A DNA stretch of 64,000 bases from Candidatus Latescibacterota bacterium (GCA_965198115.1 OZ240241.1:4512001-4576000); one strand, 5' to 3'. Shown: positions 9,919 through 20,413, counted from the first letter of the stretch. Made by a program: numbers and translations. Notes: generated by a model from the letters alone, not told the origin.

Positions 9919-10908
9919 GTGCCGAAGCAGAGACAACAGACACGGGCAGAGATCGATCTCCTGCAGGAACAGCGCCAACGTCTGCGTCGGGTTACCGAGC
10001 GGATCATCGGTCTTCCTTCCCTGCCCACCGTCGTCACGCAGCTCCTGTCGATCGTCGGCGATCCGGCGTCTTCGGCGCGCGACGTGTCCCAGCTCATTTC
10101 CACCGATCAGGCCCTGACCGCGAAGATTCTCAAAGTCGCCAACTCGGCGTTCTACGGGTTCCCGCGAAAGATCGCCACCGTCCAGCTCGCCATCGTTGTC
10201 CTCGGATTCGAGACCGTCAAAAACCTCGGTCTGAGCGTGGCTGTCCTCAAGCGCTTCCACCAGGGCAACGATCATCCCCTGTTCGATCGTCAGCAGTTCT
10301 GGGAGCACGCGATCGGCTGTGGTGTGGCCGGGCGGATGCTGGCACGACAACGCGATCGAAAGCTCGAAGGCGAGGCGTTCGTGGCCGGTGTGCTCCACGA
10401 CATCGGAAAGCTCATTTTGATCGAATACTTCCCCGACGAGTTCGGCGAAGCGCTGGAGCGGTCCAGGGAAGACCTCCTCTCCATCGCCGAGGCCGAGGAG
10501 CAGGTCATCGGCGTCACACACGCCGAGATCGGCGGTTGGCTGGCGGAGAAGTGGAAATTACCCGAGTCTCTCGTCAACGCGATCGCCCACCATCACTCGC
10601 CGTTCGATCTGGATGAACCCGACGAGATTCTCCTCGTAACCCACATGGCCAACGCCCTGACCCGTCACAACCGGATCGGGAGTGGTGGCGACAGACTCGG
10701 CGCATCGCTCAACCCGAAAGTGGCCGACGTCTTCAAAAATGGCCGCGACATCAGCGACGACGTCCTGCTGTCGGAATTGAGCGAAGGCTACCGTGAGGAA
10801 ATCGAAACGGCTCGTGTTTTCACCGATCTCGAGGGGGAGCTCTTCCAGTCGCCTGGCGAAACGCAGACGTCAGAAGACAACGAGGGAGGTGCGCCAGTCG
10901 GCGCCTAG
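9919..10908 (+). CDS. HDOD domain-containing protein
   Basis: LPSLP, DQALTAKILKVANS, FWEHA, LHDIGK, HAEIG..LAEKWKLP and HH motifs. Confidence 0.92.
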   Translation: MPKQRQQTRAEIDLLQEQRQRLRRVTERIIGLPSLPTVVTQLLSIVGDPASSARDVSQLISTDQALTAKILKVANSAFYGFPRKIATVQLAIVVLGFETVKNLGLSVAVLKRFHQGNDHPLFDRQQFWEHAIGCGVAGRMLARQRDRKLEGEAFVAGVLHDIGKLILIEYFPDEFGEALERSREDLLSIAEAEEQVIGVTHAEIGGWLAEKWKLPESLVNAIAHHHSPFDLDEPDEILLVTHMANALTRHNRIGSGGDRLGASLNPKVADVFKNGRDISDDVLLSELSEGYREEIETARVFTDLEGELFQSPGETQTSEDNEGGAPVGA

Positions 10909-10911
10909 AAC

Positions 10912-11811
10912 GTGGCACAATCGACCGAACAGATCACCGACCTTTTGCAAGAAGCCCGTGCCCTCCTTCGATCGGACGATCCCGATGCCACCGAGGGCAT
11001 GACCGAGCTTTTTCGGGACCTCGTTCGCGAGCTCGGGGCCCTCAAAAAGGACCGGGATCTAACACGCAAGCAACTCGAAGCTTCGCAGGACCAACTCGTC
11101 CAATCCGGGAAGATGGCAGCGGTCGGGCAGCTCGCAGCGGGCGTCGCCCACGAGGTGAACAACCCCCTCCAGATCATTCTGAGCCGCGTTCAGCTGCTGA
11201 TGATGCGCCACAAAGAGGACGTGGGGCTCGTCAAAGACCTGCGCCTCGTCGAATCGAACGTCAAACGAATCTCGAGGATCATACGCAGCCTCCTCGATTT
11301 TGCTCGACACAACAGTGGTGATGAGGAATCCAGAGAAATCGACCTCGTCTACCTGGTCAATCAGACCATCAACTTGATGCACCACCTGCTCGAAAAGGGC
11401 AATGTCACCACACGCGTTCACGCATCCGACGAGCGCCCCATTCGGATCGTGGGCAACGTCGGCGAAATCGAGCAGGTCTTCCTGAACCTGTTGATCAACG
11501 CGCTCCAGGCGATGGAAGGCGGAGGCACGATCGACCTCGATCTCGAAAGCGATGGGGACACGGTGCGAGTCCGGTTCCGGGATACGGGTGAAGGCATACC
11601 CGAAGAAAACCTGCCGCGGGTGTTCGAGCCATTTTTCACGACACGCGAGGCTCAGGGTGGCACGGGGCTCGGTCTCTCCATCATCTTTGGCATCATCGAA
11701 AAGCATGGAGCGCACATCGAAGTCGACAGTGAACTCGGTCAGGGCACCACTTTTTCCATGCGCTTCAAGGCAATCGACGATCTGATCGGAGGCACCCTTG
11801 CAGGGCATTGA
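10912..11811 (+). CDS. Cytoplasmic NtrB-type histidine kinase
   Basis: H-box AHEVNNP, N-box QVFLNLLINA, DTGEGI, FEPFFTT and GTGLGL; no TM or sensor domain. Confidence 0.93.
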   Translation: MAQSTEQITDLLQEARALLRSDDPDATEGMTELFRDLVRELGALKKDRDLTRKQLEASQDQLVQSGKMAAVGQLAAGVAHEVNNPLQIILSRVQLLMMRHKEDVGLVKDLRLVESNVKRISRIIRSLLDFARHNSGDEESREIDLVYLVNQTINLMHHLLEKGNVTTRVHASDERPIRIVGNVGEIEQVFLNLLINALQAMEGGGTIDLDLESDGDTVRVRFRDTGEGIPEENLPRVFEPFFTTREAQGGTGLGLSIIFGIIEKHGAHIEVDSELGQGTTFSMRFKAIDDLIGGTLAGH

Positions 11812-12266
11812 GATCCTCGTCATCACCCTGGCCGCCTTCTTCGGTCTCGGCATCTTCTTCGCCATTCTGCTCTGGTGTCGGAGCTGGCAACGGGACCAGC
11901 GGGATCTGACCGATCGACAGATACAGACGCTGCAGGTCCAGGTCGAACGCCTCCGGGACGCCATCGAGATGCTCGATCCATCGACTCCGAGGCGTGCCCA
12001 AGGAGGCGACCGACGAATCGGCGCAGACACCGTCCAAAAAGACGACGCCATCGAAACAGAAGACGATCGACGACGCCACATCCCATTCCCAGTCACCACC
12101 GGCTGAGTCGGTGCCTTCCACAGGCGACAGATACCGGGACGTCCATTCCCTCCTCAAAAAGGGACAGTCGACGGTCGAAATCGCCCACGAACTCGACATC
12201 GGTGTCGCCGAAGTCCGCATGATCGCTCGAATGGAGGCGATCAAATCGCCCGACCCCGGCACGTGA
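11798..12266 (+). CDS. Membrane-anchored protein with C-terminal HTH-like domain (DUF6115/SwrB-like); frameshift ~11990
   Basis: N-terminal TM and coiled coil (11798..) joined to RYRDVHSLLKKGQSTVEIAHELDIGVAEVRMI (11994..12266). Confidence 0.6.
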
Positions 12267-12294
12267 CCGCTGTTTCGTGCCAGAGGAAAACACC

Positions 12295-12870
12295 ATGTGC
12301 TCACACCCCCACCCCCGTCTCTCACTCCTTCTCTGCAGCCTTTTCGCAATCGCAGCCTCGTGCGGGAGCGAAGCCCCGACCGGTATCAGCACGTCCGACA
12401 TGCAGGGTACCTGGAGCGGCACGTTCGCGCAGACCAACCTGATGGGACGCACCTTGAGTGGAGACGTCGACTGGACATTCGACCGAGACACGTTTCGGAT
12501 CGTCTTCTTCAACGCACCCGAGGACCAGGCGGAAAGAATCGAAGGTGACTGGAAATTCAGCGAGGGGAAGGTCGTCGTCACCCTCAAGTCCAGCTTCCCG
12601 ATCGAGACGGACATCGGCGAAGTGGATACCCTTTTCGTCTCGATCCTGCGTGACGAAATGTCCATCAATTCGGCCAACCTGACCGAAGCCGTCCTCCTCC
12701 AGAAAACCAGACTCGGCCGTGGCGGTCTCGGGATAGCGCCCTGGATGATCGCCTCCAGGGAATCCGCCAACGTCGTAGCGGGATTGAACCGCGCCGCCTG
12801 CTCGACCGCACCGACCCCCTTCCGAAAACACCGTGCAATCCACGTCGATCACACCCACCCTCCGGTTTAA
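12295..12870 (+). CDS. Hypothetical lipoprotein
   Basis: Hydrophobic signal with lipobox-like IAASCG; beta-rich GTW/GDW lipocalin-like segments. Confidence 0.6.
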   Translation: MCSHPHPRLSLLLCSLFAIAASCGSEAPTGISTSDMQGTWSGTFAQTNLMGRTLSGDVDWTFDRDTFRIVFFNAPEDQAERIEGDWKFSEGKVVVTLKSSFPIETDIGEVDTLFVSILRDEMSINSANLTEAVLLQKTRLGRGGLGIAPWMIASRESANVVAGLNRAACSTAPTPFRKHRAIHVDHTHPPV

Positions 12871-14092
12871 TTTCATCGGCGAGGGTGAGCGCAACACCCT
12901 CCTGTCGCGTCTCACCGAAGGCCAAACCCTCCAGGCCCGCGTTGTCGAAGATCTCTCCGACGGACGCTGGGCCATTCGTTTTCTGGGTCACACGCTCGTC
13001 GCCGAAAGCCGACTGAACCTGGCCAAGGGCCAACTCGTCGAAGCGCGTGTTCAGGACCTCGGCCCACCCCTCGTGCTCTCGATCGCCGGAAGACCGGGGT
13101 CCGAAGGCGAAGCGGTGACGAACGCGCTACAGCGGTTCGGGCTGCCCGCCGACACGACCCACCGCGCCATACTGACGGCGCTCATTCGCGAAGGCGTCGC
13201 CATCACGCGCGGGTCCGTCCTGGAGCTGGCGGCCACACTCCAACAATTGGCCGATCAGGGGTTCGATGGGATCCAGCTCGACGACCTGGTGGGCCGCATT
13301 CTCCTGTTGCGATCGAAAGGCGTGCCCGTCACACCCGATGCCTTGGCGGCATTCTACGGATCTGCGCCCTCGGCCGTGCTGGGGGGTCTCATCGCGCAGC
13401 TGGGTGATCTGCTCAAAGCCGAAGCCAGACGTCTCAAAATCGATTCGGCTCTCGTCGATGCCATCGAACGCCTGAGATCCGACCTCCCCAACGCACGGAA
13501 TCTCGATGGCCCGAACCTCCAGCGTTGGATCGCCAGAATGGGGTTCGACATCGAACGGCAGATGACCGGGGGGATCGAAACGAATCAGACGGATCTCCGG
13601 GATACCCTCAGGGCCCTCCTCGGGCGGCTGGGGGCGCTGGACGAACAGAGCGATGCCGGAAACACGATCGAACGCGCCCTCAAATTACTCGACACGCTCC
13701 GCCTCGACGCGCTGCCCGGACGTGACGGGAGCGACCTCAGGCTCCAGGTCCCGCTCGTCTTCGGCAACGAATCGACAACCGTCGATCTGCACCTGTCGAG
13801 ACAGGGCGGCAACGCGCAGGCGACCGTCGACCCGACCCACTACACGCTCACCCTCCGCGTCACGCTCAGCCGGTTGGGCGAGGTCCAGGCCACCCTGACG
13901 AGGCACGAATCACGCACGACGTGTCATCTGACCGTCGCGGATCCAGAGCGGGCTGCCTGGCTTGAGAAGGCCTGCGCCGAGCTCGTCGAAGGGTTGGAGC
14001 AATCGGGGGTCGAGGTCGGATCGATTGCCGTCAGATCCCGCCCTTCACGGTCTGAGGAGCCCGCTCGAGTCGGGATCGACCTAAAAATCTGA
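12833..14092 (+). CDS. Flagellar hook-length control FliK-like protein
   Basis: LQVPL...LRVTLSRLGEVQATL...LVEGLEQSG C-terminal domain ending GIDLKI; last gene of the flagellar operon. Confidence 0.7.
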   Translation: MQSTSITPTLRFNFIGEGERNTLLSRLTEGQTLQARVVEDLSDGRWAIRFLGHTLVAESRLNLAKGQLVEARVQDLGPPLVLSIAGRPGSEGEAVTNALQRFGLPADTTHRAILTALIREGVAITRGSVLELAATLQQLADQGFDGIQLDDLVGRILLLRSKGVPVTPDALAAFYGSAPSAVLGGLIAQLGDLLKAEARRLKIDSALVDAIERLRSDLPNARNLDGPNLQRWIARMGFDIERQMTGGIETNQTDLRDTLRALLGRLGALDEQSDAGNTIERALKLLDTLRLDALPGRDGSDLRLQVPLVFGNESTTVDLHLSRQGGNAQATVDPTHYTLTLRVTLSRLGEVQATLTRHESRTTCHLTVADPERAAWLEKACAELVEGLEQSGVEVGSIAVRSRPSRSEEPARVGIDLKI

Positions 14093-14110
14093 AGGTCCCC
14101 CCAAAACAAG

Positions 14111-14151
14111 GGCGCCCGATCCCCACCGGGGACCGGGCGCCGTTTTTTCTT
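14111..14151 (+). terminator. Intrinsic terminator between convergent genes
   Basis: GGCGCCCG-ATCCCC/GGGGAC-CGGGCGCC hairpin followed by TTTTTTCTT. Confidence 0.75.
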
Positions 14152-14162
14152 TGATGTCGAGT

Positions 14163-14966
14163 CTATGGATTGAAACTGTTCGCCAAAACGAGAAAGTCCT
14201 CGAACCCGATCTGACCATTGCCATCGATATCGAACCGGCCCTCGAAGTCGACGTCCGTCGACTGTTCACCAAAATGACCGGCAAACTGAAGGAAATCCGT
14301 AAAGTCGACTTGCCCGTCCGTGTTGAAATCACCGGGCGTGGAGGAGCGCACGATCAGAAGCCCGTTCAGCGCCACCGCCTGTGGCGAGCGATCGTTCAGG
14401 ATCGCCGAATCGAACGTGATCGGGCTGGACTCGCCGAGCGTTCCTTCCGAAACCGTCATTTCCAGATACACGAACGTCCCCGATCCGACCGCGGGATCTT
14501 CGACCGTGAACACCCCGATGCTCATCAATCCGACGGTATCCTGCGCGCTCAGGGTCAGACTGCGCTCGGCGTGATTCCACCCCTCGGTCAGCGTGCCCTG
14601 ATACAGGACGCGGGCCGAGCTCACGACGCGGGGGTCGTATCCGATCACCAGGTTGCTCGACAGAACGCCCAGACCTGTCAGATCGGAGATCGTCACAGGT
14701 ACGAGAACCGTCTCTCCCGGTTCGGCCGTCACCTCGGGCAGACGGATCTCCACCGGGACCTGACCCGAAACCTGGGCGATCGCGGAGCGCGCACCGAGCA
14801 CGCCCACGACAGCCAGAATCCCGCAGAGCGTCCTACCTGAGCAGCAGAACTTTCTGAGTCGACGTGAAGGGACCCGCCTGGAGTTGCAGCAGGTAAACAC
14901 CCGTGGCAACTGCGGCTCCACCCGTGTCGCGTCCATCCCAAACAACCGTATGGATTCCTGGTTCAT
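14163..14966 (-). CDS. Secreted cohesin plus dockerin/EF-hand protein (true start uncertain, probably near 14830)
   Basis: Cohesin-like PGETVLVPVTISDL..IGYDP; paired Ca-loops GDFNTDGQVDFTDF and FDIDGNGQIGFEDF. Confidence 0.75.
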   Translation of the reverse strand: MNQESIRLFGMDATRVEPQLPRVFTCCNSRRVPSRRLRKFCCSGRTLCGILAVVGVLGARSAIAQVSGQVPVEIRLPEVTAEPGETVLVPVTISDLTGLGVLSSNLVIGYDPRVVSSARVLYQGTLTEGWNHAERSLTLSAQDTVGLMSIGVFTVEDPAVGSGTFVYLEMTVSEGTLGESSPITFDSAILNDRSPQAVALNGLLIVRSSTPGDFNTDGQVDFTDFLQFAGHFGEQSTDVDFEGRFDIDGNGQIGFEDFLVLANSFNP

Positions 14967-17900
14967 AGTGGCGATCGAGGAGCGTTCGGATCAGCTGACC
15001 CAAAACGTTGTAGACGTGGATCCGTACCTGGTTGGCGACCGGCAGGTCGAACCCGACCGTCGTCTCGGGATTGAACGGATTCGGAAAGTTGGGGCGGAAA
15101 GCGTAGTGCAGAGGTAGGTCGTGCAAAATGTCCGATTCGGCGAGTTGGGACGCCAGAACGAGACTGCCATTCAACGACAGATGGCGCAAGACCAGATGCG
15201 GCGAGCTCTCTGGCTGATCCAATTCAACCACCAATCGAACAACGACTCCTTCGCCTTCTTCTGTTGATTCCAGACCGGCCAGAGCGAAGACATACCCCTC
15301 TTCATGAGCCTTGCCAGCCCTCATGTAGGAAGCGTAGGAGTCGGCGGCGAGCACCCCTGTGATTCTCCCGCCCTCTATCATGATATCGGCAACAATCGAC
15401 ACCACTTGAGAGCGATCGGACAGAATCAGCGGGAATTCCACGTTCTGATCGGTCCCGGGTGCCGGAGGCCCGAACCGAACCGGCGGGCCTCCGAGCTTCA
15501 GGAACGGGTGATTCTTCACATCTTCAGGTGGCGTCATCGACAAATCTGTTTGAACAGGAAACTCCTCGATCAGCCCGACCACGAATCGCGCCGTCAGGGC
15601 GGCATCGAAGCCCGTGATCGTGCTGCTCCCATCCACGTCGGCGATCAAGAAATCCGAAAGAGGCCGCGCCGGGGCCTCGGGAAGCGCCTCATCGACGGAG
15701 AACTCCAGGATGAGAGACGCGTCGAAAGCCTGGATGCTTCCGTTCAGGTCGATATCCCCGAACTGCTCGATGACGAACGTCGTGGCGAACACCGAATCGG
15801 GCGCACCCGTCGAGGTCAGGCTGTCGAAGAAGGCCACGTTCAGGGAATCGTCGGCCGAGATCGACAGCACCCCATCGTCATCGGTTCCCATCGTATCCTG
15901 GACGGTATCCAGACGCAGCCTGAACTGACCTGAGTTGGCGGATGATTCGATGAGGTCGAGGGTCTCGACCTCTCCGCTCACGCGGTTGACGAGCCGAGCG
16001 CGCACCGTATCGATCATCTCGGCACGGACGTTTTCGTCATCGTCCACCACCTGCACACGCACCGCATCCTTGACCGTGTTTCCAGACGAGGCCTGGACCA
16101 CGACGCTGACGGAAAGATCCGCATCGCGCCACGGCACGATCTGAGCCGCTCCGACGACCCGCGTCGTATCCCCCGATCCGGCCAGGGAGTCCAGATACTC
16201 CATTTCCAGGCTGTCCCGCAAGGCAACTGTCAGGAATCCGTCCCCGTTCAGACTGGTCGTGCCCACTCCATTCGAATCCCACAGGGTCGGGAACGTCCGC
16301 TCGAAGATCCCGCTCGAGCGATCGGTCTCCCTCAGGAAAACCGTTCGGTGTCGGCATTCGTCGCTGCGAACACCCGCACGAAAAGACTGTCGCGTTGTGA
16401 AGTCTCACGGTTCCGATCCTGATCGATGACCAGCACCTGGATCGAATCCGTAGGGCTGATCGTATCGGGCTGCGCGAGGATGATGCCGTCGATACCCCCC
16501 GTCATCGGCACTTGAACCGTCACCGTCTGTACAGCGCCCAGGTCCGTCAACAGATCATCCCACGCGATCTGCAACGTGTCACCCGCCACGCCGGTGATGA
16601 CCCCGTCACCGATCGTGACATCCGTCCCGTGATCCGTCGGCAGGACGGCCACGAATCGTCCCGATGTTGGGGCCGTCTCCCTCAGCGTAACCTGCACCGT
16701 GTCGGCTCGGCTCGGGTTCGTCGCCACGACCACGGCAGAATCGTTCGCCGCGTCGCTCAGGTTGGCATCGGTATCGACCAGGGTGATCGTCAGGTCTCCG
16801 CGCGGCCCGACCGGATTGGGTAGGACACTCAAAACCGCGTTTTGACCCTGGCTCCGGACCGTACCACTCGAGAGCAGACCAACCGTGGGTGTTCCGTCGT
16901 TGAAAAGCACGCTCACGAGGTCGAGTTCGGCTGGCGATGCCAGCAGTTCGAACGTCAACCTGAGAAGCGTCCCATCCCCTGTCACGGCCAGCGCATCCAT
17001 AAACGTCGCCACTCTGAGCGTGTCGACATCGTTCGTTCCATCGATCACGTTGGTCACAAAGTTCCACGCATCCGTCTTCGTCAGAGTAGACGCGACTTCC
17101 TCGAATCGAAGCTGTGAGCCGTCGAACGACACGGTGATCTCCGCAGAGCGAATCGAGTCCGCACTCAGAAACTGGGAAATCTCGATCGGGATCTGAACCA
17201 GGTTCGAGGTCGCGAAGACATTCGGAACTTCCACGCGCACATCCGGTGAAACCGCACGCTGCGAGAGCGCGAGAACCTGGTTCGTGGAAACCTGGGCGAA
17301 CGTCTGCGTGTCACCCGATGGCCACGCCAGAATGAGCGTGTCGACCACAACCGCCGTGCCCGCTCCGAACATCGCGTCGATCGCGTGGTGCGATGCGGTC
17401 CCGACCTGCGGGCTGATGTATCGAAGCTGGCGCAACCCACCCACATCGATCGTCACCCGTGCGCCAATGCTGCCCGCTTGTCCTCCCGTATCCGTCAGGC
17501 GTAGCGACAGCCACCGGTTGGCGACCTCCGAGTCGTTCCGGTAAAGCGCGCTGGACGTGGAATCGTCACCCGCGAAGAAGAGATCGAGATCCCCGTCACC
17601 ATCGTAGTCTCCCCACGCCATCGCCGCGATCTCGCGCGTTTGGAGGAGCCCCTCCAGAGTCGCCACCTGGCCAAAAGTCCCCGACCCAAGGTTGCGATAC
17701 AGAAGGGGTTCATCCGGCGTCGCCACGAAGAGATCGATCGATCCGTCGTTGTCGTAGTCCGCCCAGCCGTGAGCAACGCTCGAGGCAGTCGACCCGACGC
17801 CGGCCGCATCGGTCACATCCGTGAACGTCCCGCTCCCGTTGTTCGTGAAGAGGCGATCGGCGGCGGGTGCCTCGTGCGCAAGGAAAAGATCGAGGTCGCC

Positions 17901-18656
17901 GTCACCGTCCACGTCCGCCCAGCTGGACCCCGTCTGCAGGCTGTCGGCGAAAGCCAGATTGGACGTCCCCGCGTTGTCGACCAGCAGACCGGCGGTGTTG
18001 CGGTAGAGACGGTTGGCCTGCGCCTGGGCGAACCCGGAAAGAAACAGGTCCAAGTCCCCGTCGTTGTCGACATCGGCCCACGAGGGACTCGCGAAGTCCC
18101 CCGTCGTGATTCCGATCGCCGAAGCCGTATCCGAAAAACTTCCCGCGCCGTCGTTGATGTAGAGCGAAACGACGCCAGCCGAATCGACCAGGGTCAGGTC
18201 GAGATCGAGATCCCCGTCGTAATCGACCCACTGTGCATCGCCCCTCCAGCCGGCAGCCGGGATTCCGCTGCCGCCGATCACGTTCGTGAACGACCCGCCC
18301 CCGTCGTTCCGAAACAGCCCGGCCGCCGTCGAATCCGCCGAGAACAGGTCGAGCCTCCCATCCGAGTTGAAATCACCCCAGGCCACACCGGTCTGACCCA
18401 CGGCGAGCGGTCCCAATCCGGTTCGGGTGAAGACGATCCCGTTGTTCTGGAACAACACATCTGGACGTCCCCGAACCCCGAGGTAGAGATCGAGGTCGCC
18501 ATCCGCGTCCACGTCGACCCAAGAAACCCGCTCGACATCCCCGGGAACGGCCAGATTCAGGCTGAACGTCACATCGGTGAAAAATCGACCGTGGCTCGAG
18601 CCAGAGAGAGCGAAAAAGCCCAAGAAAGCCAGAATGAGCAGAGAAATCCGGTCCAT
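14833..18656 (-). CDS. Large secreted protein: 7 FG-GAP/VCBS repeats, ASPIC/UnbV, cohesin, three Ig-like repeats, dockerin, FlgD-Ig/CTD sorting domain (frameshift ~16345)
   Basis: Signal peptide; DxDxDGDLDL repeats; SIGARV...FGAG...WPSG; restoring one A joins the two ORFs; GDIDLNGSIQAFDA/ADVDGSSTITGFDA; NFPNPFNPET...WDGRD..G..VATGVYL. Confidence 0.85.
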
Positions 18657-18687
18657 GACCCCTTCAGCAGCTGAATCCTGCGCGCAC

Positions 18688-18771
18688 AAACAAAAAGGCA
18701 CCCCTATCTGCCGGTTTTCCCGACAGATAGAGGTGCCCTCCTTGGACACCAGAATGTCCTCCTTGGACACC
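18688..18771 (-). ncRNA. Candidate CsrA/RsmA-binding small RNA or leader with terminator
   Basis: Two GGTGTCC-AAGGA-GG(A/G)CA(T/C)(T/C) hairpins, then an 18-bp hairpin and a U-tract, directly downstream of a sigma70-like promoter. Confidence 0.55.
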
Positions 18772-18774
18772 GAA

Positions 18775-18803
18775 AAAGTATTGCATCGACCGATGAAAGT
18801 CAA
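18775..18803 (-). promoter_or_regulatory. Sigma70-type promoter
   Basis: TTGACT-17 nt-TACTTT. Confidence 0.6.
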
Positions 18804-18819
18804 TCGGCTATTCGTACCC

Positions 18820-20358
18820 CTACCGATCGACCACGACCCCTCGCGCCTCCAAAGCGGGGATCTGAGCCGTCAAAGCGACGTCGCTCAGAGGATTCGCCCG
18901 CACGTCGACGATGTCTCCCATCCCGATACCCTCGTTTTCGACGAGCGCCGATAGATCGCCGATCGCGTTATCTTCCAGCAGTACGTGCTCGAGATGGACC
19001 AAATCGGCGAGCGGTGACAGATCGGATATCTGGTTCTGTTGCAGCGCCAGGACCTCGAGCGACGGCATCGTGGACAACACGGAAAGGTCATCTACCGCGT
19101 TGCCGATCAGCGCGAGAGTCTCGAGGTGCTGGAAACCCGTGAGCGCAGAGAGGGTCGTCAGCTCGTTGTGGCGCAGGTCCAGATGCACCAGAGAGGTGAG
19201 CCCCGACAGAGGCGAGATGTCGTCGATCTCGTTGCTATTCAAACTGAGAAAAGTTAGCCCTGTCAGGGTCCCAAGGACGGAGACATCCGCAATCTGACAT
19301 CCTTCCAGCACGAGCTCCTCCAACGCGATGAGCCCCGCCAGCGACGTGAAATCGGTCACAGGGTTCGAGCTCAGATCCAGAGAGACGAGATCCGTCAGCG
19401 ACGCCAGATCGCTGATGTCCTCAACCTCGTTCATCACCAGACGAAGGGACGTCAGGGACATCCCCCGGAGTGGCGAGATATCCCGGATCCCGTTCGCATC
19501 GAGGTTGAGCGTCTTGAGCGCTCGGAGACGCGGCAGGACCGACAGATCGTCAACCTGATTGAAGGCAAGGTCCAAAAATGTGAGCACCCTGAGCCGACGC
19601 AGCGGAAACACTCGCTCTACTTCGTTGTGGTCGAGATCCAGGTGCCGGAGCGTCGTCAATTCCAACAGCGGAGAAAGATTCCCCACCCGGTTCTCCGTCA
19701 GAATCAGCGTGTCAAGCGACGCGAAGTGCTCCAAACCGTCGATCGAGACGAGATTTCGTCGCGGCAGGTCCAGCGTTGTCAGATCCGCCACATCCGAGGT
19801 CATCAGCTCTGAGCTCGAAACGCCGGCCAGTTCCCGCACGGTCAACGACAGCCCGTCATCATCCATAACAACGGGCACGTTCTCCCGTGCTCTCCCCCCG
19901 ACCCGCAGATAGAGCGCCTCCGTCGGCGTATTGAGCGGAATACTCCCCCACCGCCCCATCGCGCCGGTTACCGGATCGGTGGCCCGAAACTGGTAGTAAC
20001 CCGAAATACCGACCCGACGAAACGGTCCGTTCAGATCGTTCTCGATCACGACCGAAGCCAGGCCCTGTTCATTCGTCGTGGCCGACCACCCTTCGTCCGC
20101 GGACGTGCCCGAGACCGACCGCTCGACGACCACGACCCACCCCTGCGCAGGGAGACCCGCGTCCTTGACAGTCATCGTGAGCACTGCGCGTTGGGCGACC
20201 GCTGCGATTTTTCTGGCCGGCCCGGATAGCTTCTCTGTCTGTCCGGACGCATCTCCGTCCAACTGTGATCGCAACGGATTTACTTCGCCACAACCAATCA
20301 GAAGACCAGCAATGATGGCCGACAACCAGATGATCGATGCATGTATGTTGTGTTTCAC
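18820..20358 (-). CDS. Leucine-rich repeat (internalin-like) lipoprotein
   Basis: Lipobox LLIGC; tandem 22-aa LxxLxLxxNxIxDLxPL repeats. Confidence 0.9.
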   Translation of the reverse strand: MKHNIHASIIWLSAIIAGLLIGCGEVNPLRSQLDGDASGQTEKLSGPARKIAAVAQRAVLTMTVKDAGLPAQGWVVVVERSVSGTSADEGWSATTNEQGLASVVIENDLNGPFRRVGISGYYQFRATDPVTGAMGRWGSIPLNTPTEALYLRVGGRARENVPVVMDDDGLSLTVRELAGVSSSELMTSDVADLTTLDLPRRNLVSIDGLEHFASLDTLILTENRVGNLSPLLELTTLRHLDLDHNEVERVFPLRRLRVLTFLDLAFNQVDDLSVLPRLRALKTLNLDANGIRDISPLRGMSLTSLRLVMNEVEDISDLASLTDLVSLDLSSNPVTDFTSLAGLIALEELVLEGCQIADVSVLGTLTGLTFLSLNSNEIDDISPLSGLTSLVHLDLRHNELTTLSALTGFQHLETLALIGNAVDDLSVLSTMPSLEVLALQQNQISDLSPLADLVHLEHVLLEDNAIGDLSALVENEGIGMGDIVDVRANPLSDVALTAQIPALEARGVVVDR

Positions 20359-20413
20359 GGTGCGGGTCTTTGGATGCTATAGGTGTTCGGGGTTCGACTG
20401 CCAGGCTGACGAC

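Noticed and set aside
18737-18771. 14-bp direct repeat as CRISPR or iteron
   Set aside because: Only two units with a 7-nt gap and no cas or rep genes; RNA hairpins explain it better.
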